63,022 nt of DNA, filler included, from Stramenopiles sp. TOSAG23-6 (GCA_900128565.1; 6 parts of 6 records of this genome joined end to end with filler, not necessarily neighbours in it); one strand, 5' to 3'. Numbered from the whole stretch's first letter, positions 1 through 11,533 are shown. Notes: a model not told the origin generated them from the letters alone. Program-made: numbers and translations.

Positions 1-137
1 TTTTTTTTTTTTTTTTTTTTTTTTAACCGAAAAAAAAAAAAAAAATCGAATTTATTTTTTTCAAAAAATTTTGTACCTAACAAATTTTTTTTTTTTTTTG
101 GTAAAAAAAAATTTTAAAATATTTTTCCAAAATACAT

Positions 138-721
138 GGTATGCGACTTGAAAAGGTTAATTTTACCCAAGTCCGCGATGAACATTTTACTGTCATTAGG
201 AAGTTATTACTACCACTGGTTAATGAGAAACGAACTTTCGTATGTATGTTTTATTTTTTTCATCAAGATATTTTTTCATACGAAATTTTGTACCTAACAA
301 TTTTTTTTGAAAATATTTTCTTACAATATATTTACTGGTCGAAATCCATTAAAAGTTGCTACACATCCATCATCGGTATCGATGCCAATGAAACTTGACA
401 ACAATCAAAACCAAACACAAACACAAATGCAAAACACATACAATACCGTATATTCCAAAAATTATGAAAATCAAAATCCAAGTGCACTTGAGTATAACAC
501 CATACATGTATTTTTTATTTTTTTTTTTTTCCGGTAAAAAAAAAATCGACTTTTTTTTTTTTTTTTTTTAAAATTTTTTCCCATAAAATTTTTTTTTTTT
601 TTTTTTGACATATTTTTCCAAAATACATGATTTCAAAGCATTTTTAAAAGGTCCTCCCACTTCAATTGGCGCGAGACGACTAAGGGCGAGAGAACAACTT
701 ATAACACAATTTGATATGTAA
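138..721 (+). CDS. 3' part of unknown protein; exons 138-243, 332-507, 629-721
   Basis: Removing two GT-AT introns gives one open frame (..KRTFV/FTGRNPL..NTIH/DFKAFLKG..FDM*). Preceded by a partial intron ending AAAATACAT at 137. Confidence 0.7.
244..331 (+). other. Non-canonical GT-AT intron (introner-like family)
   Basis: AT|GTATGT..CATACGAAATTTTGTACCTAAC..CAATATAT|TT; joins ORF frames 141 and 307. Confidence 0.8.
508..628 (+). other. Non-canonical GT-AT intron (interior probably mis-assembled)
   Basis: CAT|GTATTT..CCAAAATACAT|GAT. The mirror copy near 9630-9706 carries the hairpin and branch core. Confidence 0.65.
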
Positions 722-1136
722 TTTTCAATTTTTGTTTTTTGCAAATTTGAATTATGATAGAGCTTTAGAGCTGTATAACTATCATATATATTATTGGACA
801 ATAAATTATATATAATAATAATAATAAGTATTACATCTATGATGTACAGAGAATTTTGAAAAAAAAATTTGTTAGGTACAAAATTTCGTATGAAAAAATA
901 TCTTGATGAAAAAAATATATTTTGAAAAAAAAAAAATCTTTTTTTTTGTTAGGTATACAATTTATATTTTTTATCAAATAGGAAAGACAAAAAAATAATC
1001 CAAACCCTAATTTATCTCCAGTTGTGTGGGTTAAATGTTAAATGTTAGTTGTTGGATTTTGATCACTTGTTTTTATTTCAATTTTGAGAAAAATAAAACA
1101 AAAGAGACAAATCAAAAAGGATGTATGGATGTATAC

Positions 1137-4001
1137 CTATGAATTTCGAGGTTTCTTAGACACTTTTGCTACATCTTCAGCGCTTTCTCCTTCTAAAGAA
1201 TGTTTTAAAGATCGAAAATCTGTTGTTTCTGGGTTAGGGTTAGGCGAATCTGTTGTTTCAGGGTTAGTAGGGTTAGGCGAATCTGTTGTTTCAGGGTTAG
1301 TAGGGTTAGGCGAATCTCTGATTGTCAGACCATATGCTAAAGCGTGGTGTTCCAGATAAGCCAAGAGCTCCTGCATTTGACGTTCACACGATTGATAATT
1401 TGAACCATGGTGCTGTACCTCGTCAAAAAACGCCTTTGATTTTTCGACATATTGCCGACCAAGTAAATTCCAATATTCAATTCTTTCCTTTGCGAATGGC
1501 GTTTCTATACGAAGACGAAGTTCATTCGCAAAACAGTTGTAAGCATCTGCTCTTGCAAGACTTGCTGAAGATAAACTGCTTAACTCTCCTGTAGTATTTC
1601 CAAGTTGAAGTACCATTGCAGGCATCAGGAAGGTTCGTGAGCTTATTTGTGAGCTTAGAACTCTTAAATGGGAAGCATCAACACGAGCTTGATGTGCTCT
1701 TTTCTTCAATTCTCGTTCATTTATTATGTCACATACGATATCATAATAAGTTTGTTCCAATTCAGAAGCAGTGACAAGTGCAGCATGATAAGTAGATAGG
1801 GGGTAACCGTTTAGAATAGCATCATCTCTCTTGCGTGAAAAATCAATGGTTATTTGCGATTGTCTGTGAAGGTCAGAAGCTGCATTTTCTAGTTCCGTCG
1901 AGCAATCAAGACCAGGAATATCATCGGTAATACCATCTAACATCCGCTTATTACCATTAAAAGTGCGAGGCAGCACATATGTATATCTGCCATCATTACG
2001 TTGAATGTATAAATATTCAGTAGCGGAGTCATCTTGTTGAGGTAAAGATTCAGTAGCGGAGTCATCTTGTTGAGGTTTCTTATGCAGCTTAATTAACTCA
2101 TCGACATCTTTTTCTACAATGTTTTGATCACACGTCAAATATTTGATGATATTTGGCCATCGTAATTTCGAATTAGGTTTGTGCGTTTCTTCCGCTTGCA
2201 AGGACATATTTTCCAAGAAGATATTTTCGAATTTCAATATTGATAAAAAAGAAGGTATCAAATGGTCTGGCTCTATACGAAGATGATGATATATCTCGGA
2301 ATCTTCATCTTGATACATTAATCTTGCGAATAGCAAGCGTTGTTCCGCTACTAAAAGAGCTTGTTTTTCAAGTATTTTTCCAGCAAGTTGTTGTGTTACT
2401 TTGTCCTGCTTTTCCCGAATATATGAAATCGATATACCACCACGAGGAATCCTCAATTTTTGATTTCGATCTCGTTTCAATAAAGTCCTCACCATTTGAA
2501 TTTTGTTGCGTATTTTAATAGTGTGTTCATGAGCTTTCTTTTCCCAGAGTCTATTGAAATCACTAAGTCGCTTGCTTGCTTCATTTTTGGTTATAGCTTT
2601 TAATTCTATTTTCTCTGCGATTTCCTTATCAAGGAAAAATTTCTGCTTTTTCCGTTCATCCTGTAGATTTCTCAGTAGATGTTTCATAACAAGAGCTATA
2701 TCACGTTCAAATATTCGATCAGTGTAAGTGACTCCTCCTTGAAATAGTAGACGAAGAATCATTTCAATATCTTTTAACTCATTAGGAATCCATCTAAAAA
2801 AGGCATCATTTGAAGAATGTGCGCCAAAAGCTTTTTTTGCAAGTCTCTTACCACCTTCCCGTTTCAAGTCTGCTGCAACGAATCGGTAGGCTTCTGGATA
2901 CATACTGACATTAACCATCACTGCAGGGAGGTTCATCATTGCAGGGACGTTATATAATTGAGATTTTCGATTTCTTCTCATTCTCCCCAAACCCTTGAAA
3001 ACAATTTCTCCCATAGATGCAGCTTTATATACAAATGCTTTATCCGATTTCAAACTTTGTGGAATCAACCCGTAGAATGGGCCAGTTGGATATCTTTGGA
3101 GGGCAGTCAATGCAACTTGTTCATTAGCTTGTATATCTTTGCTTGCACGTTCATAAATGTGAACTGCTGGCTCTTTATTTGCAGAAATCCCAGGAAGATG
3201 ATAGATTCTTTTGAGCTCTTTCAATACATATTCCAAACTACCCTCTTCATGAGTTGAGTCATCTACTTGAGCCTCAAAAGTTCTCGTGGTAATCCACAAA
3301 TGGACGTCGGATCCAGGGTATACATCCTCAAGACGCACCACATATGTATGACAATATGTAAAAAGCGTTTCACTATGAATAAGAGGAAAAGAGCAATTAT
3401 TCATCCACTCGGAAAGTCTATAAAAAATCTTTAGACGAGCAGATTTCGCAGCTTCAAACTGTTCAAGTAAAAGAGCACTCGTGGCATCGGGATAGGCGTT
3501 CATAATTTTTTCGTGAGCTTCTTTCAAGTTTTTATCAGCCTCTACTTCTTCTTCATGAAAAATAGACGCCTGTATTTCAGCTTCTTCTTCAAATTTGACA
3601 AAAAGGTCATTGAAGAATGCTTCGTAAGAAAGAACGCCGTGAGAAATGCGGTCATAGCAATCTGGAACAGGAACAATTTGTATGCAGAGTTCCTTAAACG
3701 ATTCCCACGAACTCAGAAACTCCTTCAACTTCTTGTGACGACTTTCGTTAATTATAGCACTTGTAAGCGGAGAGTAGTAGTGTTTTTTACGCCCCGTGGG
3801 ATATTTGTCACCGTTTTCTGTAAAATATTCATATTCGTTTACAACTTGCTTAGCCCATCGGACAAGGGTTTCACCATGTGCAACTTTTCTACGATAATCC
3901 ATTGCATGCATAGTATTGGCGTGGCTAGCTGCATCCACATTGAACTTTGGCATACATAATAAGAATAATATGACGCACGTTTGGTTTATACAACTTTTCA
4001 T
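1137..4001 (-). CDS. 954-aa intronless protein with probable signal peptide and degenerate DUF4116-like repeats
   Basis: Long ORF with hydrophobic N-terminus; YGLIPQSLKSDKAFVYKAA and FRWIPNELKDIEMIL resemble DUF4116 repeats; C-terminal DSPNPTNPETT repeats. Confidence 0.75.
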   Translation of the reverse strand: MKSCINQTCVILFLLCMPKFNVDAASHANTMHAMDYRRKVAHGETLVRWAKQVVNEYEYFTENGDKYPTGRKKHYYSPLTSAIINESRHKKLKEFLSSWESFKELCIQIVPVPDCYDRISHGVLSYEAFFNDLFVKFEEEAEIQASIFHEEEVEADKNLKEAHEKIMNAYPDATSALLLEQFEAAKSARLKIFYRLSEWMNNCSFPLIHSETLFTYCHTYVVRLEDVYPGSDVHLWITTRTFEAQVDDSTHEEGSLEYVLKELKRIYHLPGISANKEPAVHIYERASKDIQANEQVALTALQRYPTGPFYGLIPQSLKSDKAFVYKAASMGEIVFKGLGRMRRNRKSQLYNVPAMMNLPAVMVNVSMYPEAYRFVAADLKREGGKRLAKKAFGAHSSNDAFFRWIPNELKDIEMILRLLFQGGVTYTDRIFERDIALVMKHLLRNLQDERKKQKFFLDKEIAEKIELKAITKNEASKRLSDFNRLWEKKAHEHTIKIRNKIQMVRTLLKRDRNQKLRIPRGGISISYIREKQDKVTQQLAGKILEKQALLVAEQRLLFARLMYQDEDSEIYHHLRIEPDHLIPSFLSILKFENIFLENMSLQAEETHKPNSKLRWPNIIKYLTCDQNIVEKDVDELIKLHKKPQQDDSATESLPQQDDSATEYLYIQRNDGRYTYVLPRTFNGNKRMLDGITDDIPGLDCSTELENAASDLHRQSQITIDFSRKRDDAILNGYPLSTYHAALVTASELEQTYYDIVCDIINERELKKRAHQARVDASHLRVLSSQISSRTFLMPAMVLQLGNTTGELSSLSSASLARADAYNCFANELRLRIETPFAKERIEYWNLLGRQYVEKSKAFFDEVQHHGSNYQSCERQMQELLAYLEHHALAYGLTIRDSPNPTNPETTDSPNPTNPETTDSPNPNPETTDFRSLKHSLEGESAEDVAKVSKKPRNS

Positions 4002-4389
4002 TATAAATAATATATTATTGAAAATCCTTTACGGTTTACAAAAAAATCGTACTACTAAAGAGGGGTACAGTATATAGTAGGCCACTGTAGAACTTGAACT
4101 GACTTGACACTGACTTGAAAAACACGAAATCTGGTCTTTTTTGGATATGATCTGAAGTTCTGAACCTGAACGCTCCTCTCTCTCTCGATAATAATGATCA
4201 AAATAATAAATATAGCAGTGTGTAAAGAAAAGTTACAGCAGAACGATATCGATAGTAGGGAGATCAAGCTGCATCGAAAGTATTCAGATTCAGTTTGCAT
4301 GGTGTGTTGATCAACACACTTCTATAGTCCGACATTTAATTTTCAGGTCTTACATAAAGCCTGAATCAAGTCGGAAAAAAGTCTACGGA

Positions 4390-5072
4390 ATGGAGGAGTG
4401 GAGATTATTGATTCCTCTTTGTGTACTAGTGTACTGTGCGTTATATGTGAAAGGTTTTGCACCACCACATTTAGTACAAATTCAACCAAGTTTTGGTCCA
4501 GATCGAGGTGGAACTGACGTTTTAATAACTGGTAGAAATCTTGCTTTCCTTGAACAGGACATCAAAGTGTTTCTACGAGGAATCAAACGACAGCCTGAAA
4601 TCGTTGTTGGTTGGGAAAGCATACATCTAAAAATGCCATCATGCATTCGGTGCGGAACTGTACCAATCAATGTAATCGTTGGAAGCAAACGAAGTAATTT
4701 CTTGAATTATACATACACAAATGATTGTTTAGGCCCAGTCCAATCGGGAATTCCAATTTTACCACCACGCTTCTCAGAAAAAGAAAATTGCACATACGTT
4801 TTCATTTTTTTTTGTCTATTTTTTTTTTCGTACGAAATTTTGTACCTAACAAATTTTAAAAAAAAAAAAAAAATTTTTTTTTCACAATACATAATTTGCA
4901 CAGAACTTGTTCAATTGACTGAAGCAGCAGCACCAGATATGTCCACTTGGCAAGGTTTTAGAGAGACAATGCAGAGAGTTTGCAATACAATCCACTTTAG
5001 TAAATTTAAATATCCTGGTGAAATTTGTAAAGCTGATTATTCAATTGGTTGTCGTATATTAATGGCATCCAT
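4390..5072 (+). CDS. Secreted IPT/TIG plus saposin-B-like protein; exons 4390-4793, 4893-5072; truncated by the fold-back
   Basis: Signal peptide; PHLVQIQPSFGPDRGGTDVLITGRNL is an IPT/TIG signature; splicing yields a saposin-like CTICTELV..MQRVC..C..C pattern. Confidence 0.75.
4794..4892 (+). other. Non-canonical AT-AT intron (same family)
   Basis: AC|ATACGT..GTACGAAATTTTGTACCTAAC..CACAATACAT|A. 99 nt in frame; removal restores CxxC. Confidence 0.75.
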
Positions 5073-5184
5073 GTACGTTTTATTTTTTTTCAATATTTTT
5101 TCAATTTTTATTTTTTTTTCATACGAAATTTCGTATGAAAAAAAAATAAAAATTGAAAAAATATTGAAAAAAAATAAAACGTAC

Positions 5185-5867
5185 ATGGATGCCATTAATA
5201 TACGACAACCAATTGAATAATCAGCTTTACAAATTTCACCAGGATATTTAAATTTACTAAAGTGGATTGTATTGCAAACTCTCTGCATTGTCTCTCTAAA
5301 ACCTTGCCAAGTGGACATATCTGGTGCTGCTGCTTCAGTCAATTGAACAAGTTCTGTGCAAATTATGTATTGTGAAAAAAAAATTTTTTTTTTTTTTTTA
5401 AAATTTGTTAGGTACAAAATTTCGTACGAAAAAAAAAATAGACAAAAAAAAATGAAAACGTATGTGCAATTTTCTTTTTCTGAGAAGCGTGGTGGTAAAA
5501 TTGGAATTCCCGATTGGACTGGGCCTAAACAATCATTTGTGTATGTATAATTCAAGAAATTACTTCGTTTGCTTCCAACGATTACATTGATTGGTACAGT
5601 TCCGCACCGAATGCATGATGGCATTTTTAGATGTATGCTTTCCCAACCAACAACGATTTCAGGCTGTCGTTTGATTCCTCGTAGAAACACTTTGATGTCC
5701 TGTTCAAGGAAAGCAAGATTTCTACCAGTTATTAAAACGTCAGTTCCACCTCGATCTGGACCAAAACTTGGTTGAATTTGTACTAAATGTGGTGGTGCAA
5801 AACCTTTCACATATAACGCACAGTACACTAGTACACAAAGAGGAATCAATAATCTCCACTCCTCCAT
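5185..5867 (-). CDS. Mirror copy of the IPT/TIG-saposin gene
   Basis: Exact reverse complement of 4390-5072. Confidence 0.6.
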
Positions 5868-6255
5868 TCCGTAGACTTTTTTCCGACTTGATTCAGGCTT
5901 TATGTAAGACCTGAAAATTAAATGTCGGACTATAGAAGTGTGTTGATCAACACACCATGCAAACTGAATCTGAATACTTTCGATGCAGCTTGATCTCCCT
6001 ACTATCGATATCGTTCTGCTGTAACTTTTCTTTACACACTGCTATATTTATTATTTTGATCATTATTATCGAGAGAGAGAGGAGCGTTCAGGTTCAGAAC
6101 TTCAGATCATATCCAAAAAAGACCAGATTTCGTGTTTTTCAAGTCAGTGTCAAGTCAGTTCAAGTTCTACAGTGGCCTACTATATACTGTACCCCTCTTT
6201 AGTAGTACGATTTTTTTGTAAACCGTAAAGGATTTTCAATAATATATTATTTATA

Positions 6256-9120
6256 ATGAAAAGTTGTATAAACCAAACGTGCGTCATATTATTCTTATTA
6301 TGTATGCCAAAGTTCAATGTGGATGCAGCTAGCCACGCCAATACTATGCATGCAATGGATTATCGTAGAAAAGTTGCACATGGTGAAACCCTTGTCCGAT
6401 GGGCTAAGCAAGTTGTAAACGAATATGAATATTTTACAGAAAACGGTGACAAATATCCCACGGGGCGTAAAAAACACTACTACTCTCCGCTTACAAGTGC
6501 TATAATTAACGAAAGTCGTCACAAGAAGTTGAAGGAGTTTCTGAGTTCGTGGGAATCGTTTAAGGAACTCTGCATACAAATTGTTCCTGTTCCAGATTGC
6601 TATGACCGCATTTCTCACGGCGTTCTTTCTTACGAAGCATTCTTCAATGACCTTTTTGTCAAATTTGAAGAAGAAGCTGAAATACAGGCGTCTATTTTTC
6701 ATGAAGAAGAAGTAGAGGCTGATAAAAACTTGAAAGAAGCTCACGAAAAAATTATGAACGCCTATCCCGATGCCACGAGTGCTCTTTTACTTGAACAGTT
6801 TGAAGCTGCGAAATCTGCTCGTCTAAAGATTTTTTATAGACTTTCCGAGTGGATGAATAATTGCTCTTTTCCTCTTATTCATAGTGAAACGCTTTTTACA
6901 TATTGTCATACATATGTGGTGCGTCTTGAGGATGTATACCCTGGATCCGACGTCCATTTGTGGATTACCACGAGAACTTTTGAGGCTCAAGTAGATGACT
7001 CAACTCATGAAGAGGGTAGTTTGGAATATGTATTGAAAGAGCTCAAAAGAATCTATCATCTTCCTGGGATTTCTGCAAATAAAGAGCCAGCAGTTCACAT
7101 TTATGAACGTGCAAGCAAAGATATACAAGCTAATGAACAAGTTGCATTGACTGCCCTCCAAAGATATCCAACTGGCCCATTCTACGGGTTGATTCCACAA
7201 AGTTTGAAATCGGATAAAGCATTTGTATATAAAGCTGCATCTATGGGAGAAATTGTTTTCAAGGGTTTGGGGAGAATGAGAAGAAATCGAAAATCTCAAT
7301 TATATAACGTCCCTGCAATGATGAACCTCCCTGCAGTGATGGTTAATGTCAGTATGTATCCAGAAGCCTACCGATTCGTTGCAGCAGACTTGAAACGGGA
7401 AGGTGGTAAGAGACTTGCAAAAAAAGCTTTTGGCGCACATTCTTCAAATGATGCCTTTTTTAGATGGATTCCTAATGAGTTAAAAGATATTGAAATGATT
7501 CTTCGTCTACTATTTCAAGGAGGAGTCACTTACACTGATCGAATATTTGAACGTGATATAGCTCTTGTTATGAAACATCTACTGAGAAATCTACAGGATG
7601 AACGGAAAAAGCAGAAATTTTTCCTTGATAAGGAAATCGCAGAGAAAATAGAATTAAAAGCTATAACCAAAAATGAAGCAAGCAAGCGACTTAGTGATTT
7701 CAATAGACTCTGGGAAAAGAAAGCTCATGAACACACTATTAAAATACGCAACAAAATTCAAATGGTGAGGACTTTATTGAAACGAGATCGAAATCAAAAA
7801 TTGAGGATTCCTCGTGGTGGTATATCGATTTCATATATTCGGGAAAAGCAGGACAAAGTAACACAACAACTTGCTGGAAAAATACTTGAAAAACAAGCTC
7901 TTTTAGTAGCGGAACAACGCTTGCTATTCGCAAGATTAATGTATCAAGATGAAGATTCCGAGATATATCATCATCTTCGTATAGAGCCAGACCATTTGAT
8001 ACCTTCTTTTTTATCAATATTGAAATTCGAAAATATCTTCTTGGAAAATATGTCCTTGCAAGCGGAAGAAACGCACAAACCTAATTCGAAATTACGATGG
8101 CCAAATATCATCAAATATTTGACGTGTGATCAAAACATTGTAGAAAAAGATGTCGATGAGTTAATTAAGCTGCATAAGAAACCTCAACAAGATGACTCCG
8201 CTACTGAATCTTTACCTCAACAAGATGACTCCGCTACTGAATATTTATACATTCAACGTAATGATGGCAGATATACATATGTGCTGCCTCGCACTTTTAA
8301 TGGTAATAAGCGGATGTTAGATGGTATTACCGATGATATTCCTGGTCTTGATTGCTCGACGGAACTAGAAAATGCAGCTTCTGACCTTCACAGACAATCG
8401 CAAATAACCATTGATTTTTCACGCAAGAGAGATGATGCTATTCTAAACGGTTACCCCCTATCTACTTATCATGCTGCACTTGTCACTGCTTCTGAATTGG
8501 AACAAACTTATTATGATATCGTATGTGACATAATAAATGAACGAGAATTGAAGAAAAGAGCACATCAAGCTCGTGTTGATGCTTCCCATTTAAGAGTTCT
8601 AAGCTCACAAATAAGCTCACGAACCTTCCTGATGCCTGCAATGGTACTTCAACTTGGAAATACTACAGGAGAGTTAAGCAGTTTATCTTCAGCAAGTCTT
8701 GCAAGAGCAGATGCTTACAACTGTTTTGCGAATGAACTTCGTCTTCGTATAGAAACGCCATTCGCAAAGGAAAGAATTGAATATTGGAATTTACTTGGTC
8801 GGCAATATGTCGAAAAATCAAAGGCGTTTTTTGACGAGGTACAGCACCATGGTTCAAATTATCAATCGTGTGAACGTCAAATGCAGGAGCTCTTGGCTTA
8901 TCTGGAACACCACGCTTTAGCATATGGTCTGACAATCAGAGATTCGCCTAACCCTACTAACCCTGAAACAACAGATTCGCCTAACCCTACTAACCCTGAA
9001 ACAACAGATTCGCCTAACCCTAACCCAGAAACAACAGATTTTCGATCTTTAAAACATTCTTTAGAAGGAGAAAGCGCTGAAGATGTAGCAAAAGTGTCTA
9101 AGAAACCTCGAAATTCATAG
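6256..9120 (+). CDS. Mirror copy of the 954-aa protein
   Basis: Translation identical to 1137..4001. Confidence 0.7.
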   Translation: MKSCINQTCVILFLLCMPKFNVDAASHANTMHAMDYRRKVAHGETLVRWAKQVVNEYEYFTENGDKYPTGRKKHYYSPLTSAIINESRHKKLKEFLSSWESFKELCIQIVPVPDCYDRISHGVLSYEAFFNDLFVKFEEEAEIQASIFHEEEVEADKNLKEAHEKIMNAYPDATSALLLEQFEAAKSARLKIFYRLSEWMNNCSFPLIHSETLFTYCHTYVVRLEDVYPGSDVHLWITTRTFEAQVDDSTHEEGSLEYVLKELKRIYHLPGISANKEPAVHIYERASKDIQANEQVALTALQRYPTGPFYGLIPQSLKSDKAFVYKAASMGEIVFKGLGRMRRNRKSQLYNVPAMMNLPAVMVNVSMYPEAYRFVAADLKREGGKRLAKKAFGAHSSNDAFFRWIPNELKDIEMILRLLFQGGVTYTDRIFERDIALVMKHLLRNLQDERKKQKFFLDKEIAEKIELKAITKNEASKRLSDFNRLWEKKAHEHTIKIRNKIQMVRTLLKRDRNQKLRIPRGGISISYIREKQDKVTQQLAGKILEKQALLVAEQRLLFARLMYQDEDSEIYHHLRIEPDHLIPSFLSILKFENIFLENMSLQAEETHKPNSKLRWPNIIKYLTCDQNIVEKDVDELIKLHKKPQQDDSATESLPQQDDSATEYLYIQRNDGRYTYVLPRTFNGNKRMLDGITDDIPGLDCSTELENAASDLHRQSQITIDFSRKRDDAILNGYPLSTYHAALVTASELEQTYYDIVCDIINERELKKRAHQARVDASHLRVLSSQISSRTFLMPAMVLQLGNTTGELSSLSSASLARADAYNCFANELRLRIETPFAKERIEYWNLLGRQYVEKSKAFFDEVQHHGSNYQSCERQMQELLAYLEHHALAYGLTIRDSPNPTNPETTDSPNPTNPETTDSPNPNPETTDFRSLKHSLEGESAEDVAKVSKKPRNS

Positions 9121-9535
9121 GTATACATCCATACATCCTTTTTGATTTGTCTCTTTTGTTTTATTTTTCTCAAAATTGAAATAAAAACAAGTGATCAAAA
9201 TCCAACAACTAACATTTAACATTTAACCCACACAACTGGAGATAAATTAGGGTTTGGATTATTTTTTTGTCTTTCCTATTTGATAAAAAATATAAATTGT
9301 ATACCTAACAAAAAAAAAGATTTTTTTTTTTTCAAAATATATTTTTTTCATCAAGATATTTTTTCATACGAAATTTTGTACCTAACAAATTTTTTTTTCA
9401 AAATTCTCTGTACATCATAGATGTAATACTTATTATTATTATTATATATAATTTATTGTCCAATAATATATATGATAGTTATACAGCTCTAAAGCTCTAT
9501 CATAATTCAAATTTGCAAAAAACAAAAATTGAAAA

Positions 9536-10305
9536 TTACATATCAAATTGTGTTATAAGTTGTTCTCTCGCCCTTAGTCGTCTCGCGCCAATTGAAGTGG
9601 GAGGACCTTTTAAAAATGCTTTGAAATCATGTATTTTGGAAAAATATGTCAAAAAAAAATCTAAAAAAAATCGTTAGGTACAAAATTCCGTACGAAAAAT
9701 AAATTCNNNNNNNNNNNNNNNNNNNNNNNNNNNNNNNNNNNNNNNNNNNNNNNNNNNNNNNNNNNNNNNNNNNNNNNNNNNNNNNNNNNNNNNNNNNNNN
9801 NNNNNNNNNNNNNNNNNNNNNNNNNNNNNNNNNNNNNAAAAAAAAAAAAAAAAATTTTATGGGAAAAAATTTTAAAAAAAAAAAAAAAAAAAGTCGATTT
9901 TTTTTTTACCGGAAAAAAAAAAAAATAAAAAATACATGTATGGTGTTATACTCAAGTGCACTTGGATTTTGATTTTCATAATTTTTGGAATATACGGTAT
10001 TGTATGTGTTTTGCATTTGTGTTTGTGTTTGGTTTTGATTGTTGTCAAGTTTCATTGGCATCGATACCGATGATGGATGTGTAGCAACTTTTAATGGATT
10101 TCGACCAGTAAATATATTGTAAGAAAATATTTTCAAAAAAAATTGTTAGGTACAAAATTTCGTATGAAAAAATATCTTGATGAAAAAAATAAAACATACA
10201 TACGAAAGTTCGTTTCTCATTAACCAGTGGTAGTAATAACTTCCTAATGACAGTAAAATGTTCATCGCGGACTTGGGTAAAATTAACCTTTTCAAGTCGC
10301 ATACC
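9536..10305 (-). CDS. Mirror copy of the 138-721 gene, spanning the N gap at 9707-9837
   Basis: Reverse complement of 138-721. Confidence 0.55.
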
Positions 10306-10442
10306 ATGTATTTTGGAAAAATATTTTAAAATTTTTTTTTACCAAAAAAAAAAAAAAATTTGTTAGGTACAAAATTTTTTGAAAAAAATAAATTCGATTT
10401 TTTTTTTTTTTTTCGGTTAAAAAAAAAAAAAAAAAAAAAAAA

Positions 10443-10542
10443 NNNNNNNNNNNNNNNNNNNNNNNNNNNNNNNNNNNNNNNNNNNNTTAATTAATTAANN
10501 NNNNNNNNNNNNNNNNNNNNNNNNNNNNNNNNNNNNNNNNNN
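10443..10542. other. Artificial contig linker
   Basis: 100-nt N run with central six-frame-stop TTAATTAATTAA. Confidence 0.98.
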
Positions 10543-10597
10543 GTAAAACCNCTTGGTAATACTACAAATACTTGCGCAATTTATTATACAAGTTCAA

Positions 10598-11533
10598 ATG
10601 AATCATTCTGTTATTTTATTGATTTTACTTTCATGTTTCGAGCAGATCCATTCATCCACTCACGTCGGTAGAGATGAAAGTGAAAGCACGTATCGTAACC
10701 TAACCCAAACCCTAAATGAAGTCGAGCAGTCCGGAACCCCGGCCGGAACAGGGGAAAAAATTTTGGAACTTCTAAACAAAATTGGTGGAAAAGATTTTGA
10801 TTTTCTGACTTCGGAATGTGATATATGTAGGGAGGAGATGAAGAATTGTATACTTGGATGTGGTCATGGTATTTGTGAGACGTGTGTCGAAGAATTGTTT
10901 GCTAGAGGAATGACGTGTCATCAGTGCCGGGAGGATATCGCGAAAGTAGTTAAAATCGGAAAAAGTGATGACGGCGTGAAAGTTAGTGTTGCACGTGAAC
11001 GTGATGGAGCAGATGACGAAGAAAATTTTCCACAGCAGCAGCCTGTCGAGGTGGCACCTAACGTTTGGACGGTGAATGCGCATGTTTCTCCTGCACAACT
11101 ATACTATGCTGGAGCGGAGAAAGCTAGCCTTCGTATGGGAGAATATGAATTTGAATACCCTTTAGAAGCTAGGTCCGAAATTTTTNTCTTAATGANTGNG
11201 AAACTTTTAACTTATCCCTCTGGTAATCCTCGTCAACACGCTGTTTCTGAAGAGAATTTGCAACGTCTGTATGACGGTTTAACTGAGGAACAAAAACAAA
11301 ATTTCATCGACGAAATGATGCCACGTTTATCGTGGTTCATGGTGGGTATACATCATATGGATGAACGAAATCCGGTTCCAGACACGTCGTGTACACAGAG
11401 ATTCTTACGAGGAGCATCATATTGCTTGAAGCAGGGCTTGTTGGTTGCCCCTATAGCGTTTTACCTTCATGCTCCTTGGTCGTTTGCATCATACATGCTA
11501 TCACACACTACAAATTCATCCCTCGCAATGTAA
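10598..11533 (+). CDS. RING-finger (C3HC4) protein with predicted signal peptide
   Basis: CDIC..CGHGICETC..CHQC; N-terminus MNHSVILLILLSCFEQIHS. Confidence 0.8.
   Translation: MNHSVILLILLSCFEQIHSSTHVGRDESESTYRNLTQTLNEVEQSGTPAGTGEKILELLNKIGGKDFDFLTSECDICREEMKNCILGCGHGICETCVEELFARGMTCHQCREDIAKVVKIGKSDDGVKVSVARERDGADDEENFPQQQPVEVAPNVWTVNAHVSPAQLYYAGAEKASLRMGEYEFEYPLEARSEIFXLMXXKLLTYPSGNPRQHAVSEENLQRLYDGLTEEQKQNFIDEMMPRLSWFMVGIHHMDERNPVPDTSCTQRFLRGASYCLKQGLLVAPIAFYLHAPWSFASYMLSHTTNSSLAM

Larger units (their letters stand above)
1..10442. repeat. Contig 1: whole-contig inverted duplication (fold-back) centred at 5128/5129
   Basis: Every ORF is mirrored (1137..4001- equals 6256..9120+; 4390..5220+ equals 5037..5867-). 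The centre is CATACGAAA|TTTCGTATG with no spacer. Confidence 0.97.

Noticed and set aside
1-10442. Linear element or virus with terminal inverted repeats
   Set aside because: The whole contig is mirrored with no unique core, contains truncated intron-bearing host genes, and shows no transposase, polymerase or capsid.
10443-10542. TTAATTAATTAA in N runs every ~10.5 kb as a biological periodic repeat
   Set aside because: Artificial six-frame-stop linker. Contig lengths decrease monotonically (10442, 10436, 10427, 10422, 10416), so gene adjacency across linkers means nothing.
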